DNA of 55,013 nt, filler included, from Basidiobolus ranarum (taxonomy: Eukaryota): assembly GCA_040143965.1 (NCBI GenBank). It is 2 parts of 2 records of this genome, joined end to end, with 100 filler letters (N's around TTAATTAATTAA, not from the genome) between each part and the next. Parts side by side here need not be neighbours in the genome. Positions count along the whole stretch, not along the records: positions 27,638 to 55,013 come from JASJQH010006998.1; 1 more part is not named here. One strand, written 5' to 3'. Below are positions 52,240-55,013 of this stretch, one piece after another. A program made the translations under genes and the position numbers. Position 1 is the first letter of the stretch, and each line of letters begins with the position of its first letter. Below the pieces are notes generated by a model, which searched no databases, was not told the DNA's origin, and worked only from the letters and a program-made list of their open reading frames with translations.

Positions 52240-54970
52240 TTTGGATTACTGTTGTATTAGAGATGATTCTAAAGATGAGATGGTGTATTTGGAGAAGTTC
52301 AGTTTGAATTTATAGCTAGAAATTTGAGCTTACACCGAGTATAAAGCAAATGTATCTCCTTGAACATGTACAGACTCCCTTTAATTTTCGCGCCCTGGAA
52401 ATCATCCCTTTTCTCCCTTGTTGGTATTAGATGAGATGTAGAATATCAGAACTATGCCACCCATTTTCTGAATCCTTCGGGGAATCCTAAATCTTCGAGA
52501 TAGCAGATTGTAATGGCAGGATTTTATTTACGTTCATTTAGTACTTTCTAACATAAAACATTTGATTGTAATCAGTAAAGTATTAATGAACCAACATATG
52601 GTGCTAACATGAATGAGATCGCTGCATAGACCTCTTGGCACCTGTGTATATAACCCTTAAATGGAGTCATCAATACGTCAAGTAAGACATAGGTAGAGAT
52701 CTACGGTCTATCCTTGCTCGGAATATGCAGCTGTTCAAGGGTGTTTTCATAACGTAACACCCTATTCCTCAAGGAGATAATATTGATATCCAGAGTTTTA
52801 TTCAGTGGTAGGCCAGTGCTTGAATAATATTCCTTTAGCTGGGTCCACTCTCCTCGTTCAGCATTATTAAGTTTAATACGATGGGAAAGAAGAATCATCC
52901 ATTGTATCTGCCGATCGCCTTTAAACTTCCACTCTGATGAGCAAATTCTAGTACGAAAACAAAGAAAGTCCACTTGAAAGAAACGATGTGATAAGTATTG
53001 AATTGCTGACAGTTTATTCCATCTACTTGATGATCTTGCGACATACCCTGTTAAACCCTGTTAGATATATCTCCAACTACTCTGGGGATAAATGTGCTAT
53101 CATATTTCACTGATGCTAGATTGTGCTACCAACATTAATCAACTTACGTAAATAAGCCTACGGTACGAATCCCTACACTATGCATTCTTTAAGTCTAACA
53201 CTATTGATCGAGCGCGAGCTACTATATTGATAGTCGAAATATTGCCAATCCAAATCTGTTGATTAGAACTACGATTCAAGGAGTAAAGGATGAGATTTAC
53301 AAAACTGCATCTAGACAGACACGCCTTTCTCAGGGTGAGGATGTGGGTTAATCATCCTCGATCAATATTGGTCATCTTTTCAATTTGTTAAAAATCTCTG
53401 GGCATTGATGTGTTACAGAACTGCTTGGTTTGGGGATGAAACGTAATTGCAATTGTACGAATCTATTTATCAACAATTGAAGTTCACTCAAGTTTACCTT
53501 TGTGTTTGATGTTGTCTGTGGTGGCTTAGTCATTGCTCTTTCGAAGTGATCAACAGTTATCCTACTGTTAAAAATGAAAGACATGCTAACAATCACTGAT
53601 ATGCGACACTAGGATGACACCACCGTTCGAAATCTGTGTGAAAATTAAGCAACGACCATGTCAACGAGTGTCTGAAGTGAGCAAAATATATGTGTATATT
53701 TCAATGCTATATATAGTTGTCATCTGCAGTAAACTGTCTATGATAACCCATAACTCATTTCAATAATATCAATATAGACATTCTTGTGATCGTGTATTCT
53801 CTGACAGATTAGACACATAGATGGACTGCGCATGTAGCATTCCAACTACTCTGATTAGTTTCTGTACTGTAGATATTGTAAAGGTGGTGTACTACCATAG
53901 CCTACTGCAATGAAATTCAATCTACCTCTTCACATACATGCTTTGCTAGCTATCTTGCCATCTGTCGAAAAGCATGTGTCCATCCATTTCGTCCCAAAGC
54001 TCCCAACGTTGGCCAATGATTTTCATGCATTAGATATATTACGCTTTGAATCTTAAGATATCTACCTTTGATGAATGTAAATACTCCTTCCGTTAGTCTA
54101 CCAGACATGTTATGACCAAGGAATTTTCTATCCATTACAGCAAAAGATATACTGAAGACCTGGTATAGCATATCAATTGAGGATTAATGATAAAGTTGAG
54201 CTCTCACTGGTACTTTGATATTTATCTTAATTTGCAGCAACCAGATACCATGAAATATACTTAGAGAGATGATTCGGAATTAAAAAGATGAGATGAACCT
54301 GAGCAGCCAAACCAGTGCTATCGATTGGGTACCCTCTTTTCAATTACTAGATTTCCCAATTCTTGTTGAATGAGTGTCGCTAAGCACTCCTCGTTTTCTT
54401 TAGAGTGATCTAGTTCATCAATAAGTAGAGGCAATGGCTCTGATATTAGAAACAAATACCCGATAGTAAGTGGAAGCGTAGATACGGGCTCGAATGTTAC
54501 CAAAATGAGGACTGATCTATCAGTTACATAATTAAAATACGTAAAAAACTCGCCTGGAATAGCAAGCCTTCGCATGAGTCTTAGATACGGGTTAGGTCAA
54601 GGATTTTTGCAGCACAAACATAACTCATGGTGCCCACAGCACAGAAACCAATTGGGTGACATATTCCTCACAGAATAATAGATCAAGTACCCATATATTG
54701 GGTGCATGATATTGGCACCAAACTTCGGAATCACCTGACTTTACTGCTCCTAAGCCTGTATCTTTCAACCTTGAAGATCGTCTAGTCAATATGCACCACA
54801 TGAATTCGAGAAATCACTAGATCCAAAGATAATTTGCACTAGGCTTAACAGCTGTGTCTCAAGAATTACTAAAACTTTAATTGCTTGGTGACACACCTAC
54901 TCGCATGCAATTTGATTGGGGTATCCAGGCATCCCTCTTTGCATCCACATGGGTCAAAGGTGTTTTGTGT

Positions 54971-54997
54971 GGGGGGGGGGGGCGGGGGCAATGGGGG
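54971..54997 (+). repeat. G-rich tract (G12-C-G5-CAAT-G5)
   Basis: Directly visible at the window end. Confidence 0.6.
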
Positions 54998-55013
54998 CGA
55001 TGGCTAGATAAAG

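Noticed and set aside
1-55013. CRISPR arrays, rRNA, tRNA or prokaryotic operon/defence systems
   Set aside because: The sequence is intron-containing eukaryotic DNA; no regularly spaced short repeats or structural RNA signatures were seen.

Overview
AT-rich eukaryotic genomic DNA with many short (mostly about 50-140 nt) spliceosomal introns and fungal-type branch points. Gene content (kinesin-13, FAM72, serpin, bacterial-like intronless permeases) suggests an early-diverging fungus (Zoopagomycota/Mucoromycota; inference). The window joins two contigs through an artificial spacer (N44-TTAATTAATTAA-N44, 27538-27637). Left contig: two tandem intronless APC amino acid permeases, a long inverted-repeat element, a degenerate KDZ-like transposase relic, a serpin whose reactive centre loop sits on its own last exon, a type I membrane protein, an AidB-like acyl-CoA dehydrogenase with a probable GC-AG intron, and a membrane-anchored alginate/glucuronan-lyase-family gene. 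Right contig: more copies of the inverted-repeat unit, EMC10, an F-BAR-RhoGAP, pyruvate dehydrogenase E2, a NIPA-family transporter with a large Cys-rich N-terminal ectodomain, two FAM72-family paralogs flanking a kinesin-13 (the second is only evident after splicing), and a GPI-anchored Ser/Thr-rich protein. The most interesting items are the Cys-rich-ectodomain NIPA protein, the FAM72/kinesin-13/FAM72 block near an F-BAR-RhoGAP, the fungal serpin, and the membrane-anchored lyase. All gene models were spliced by hand and family assignments come from remembered motifs, not database searches.
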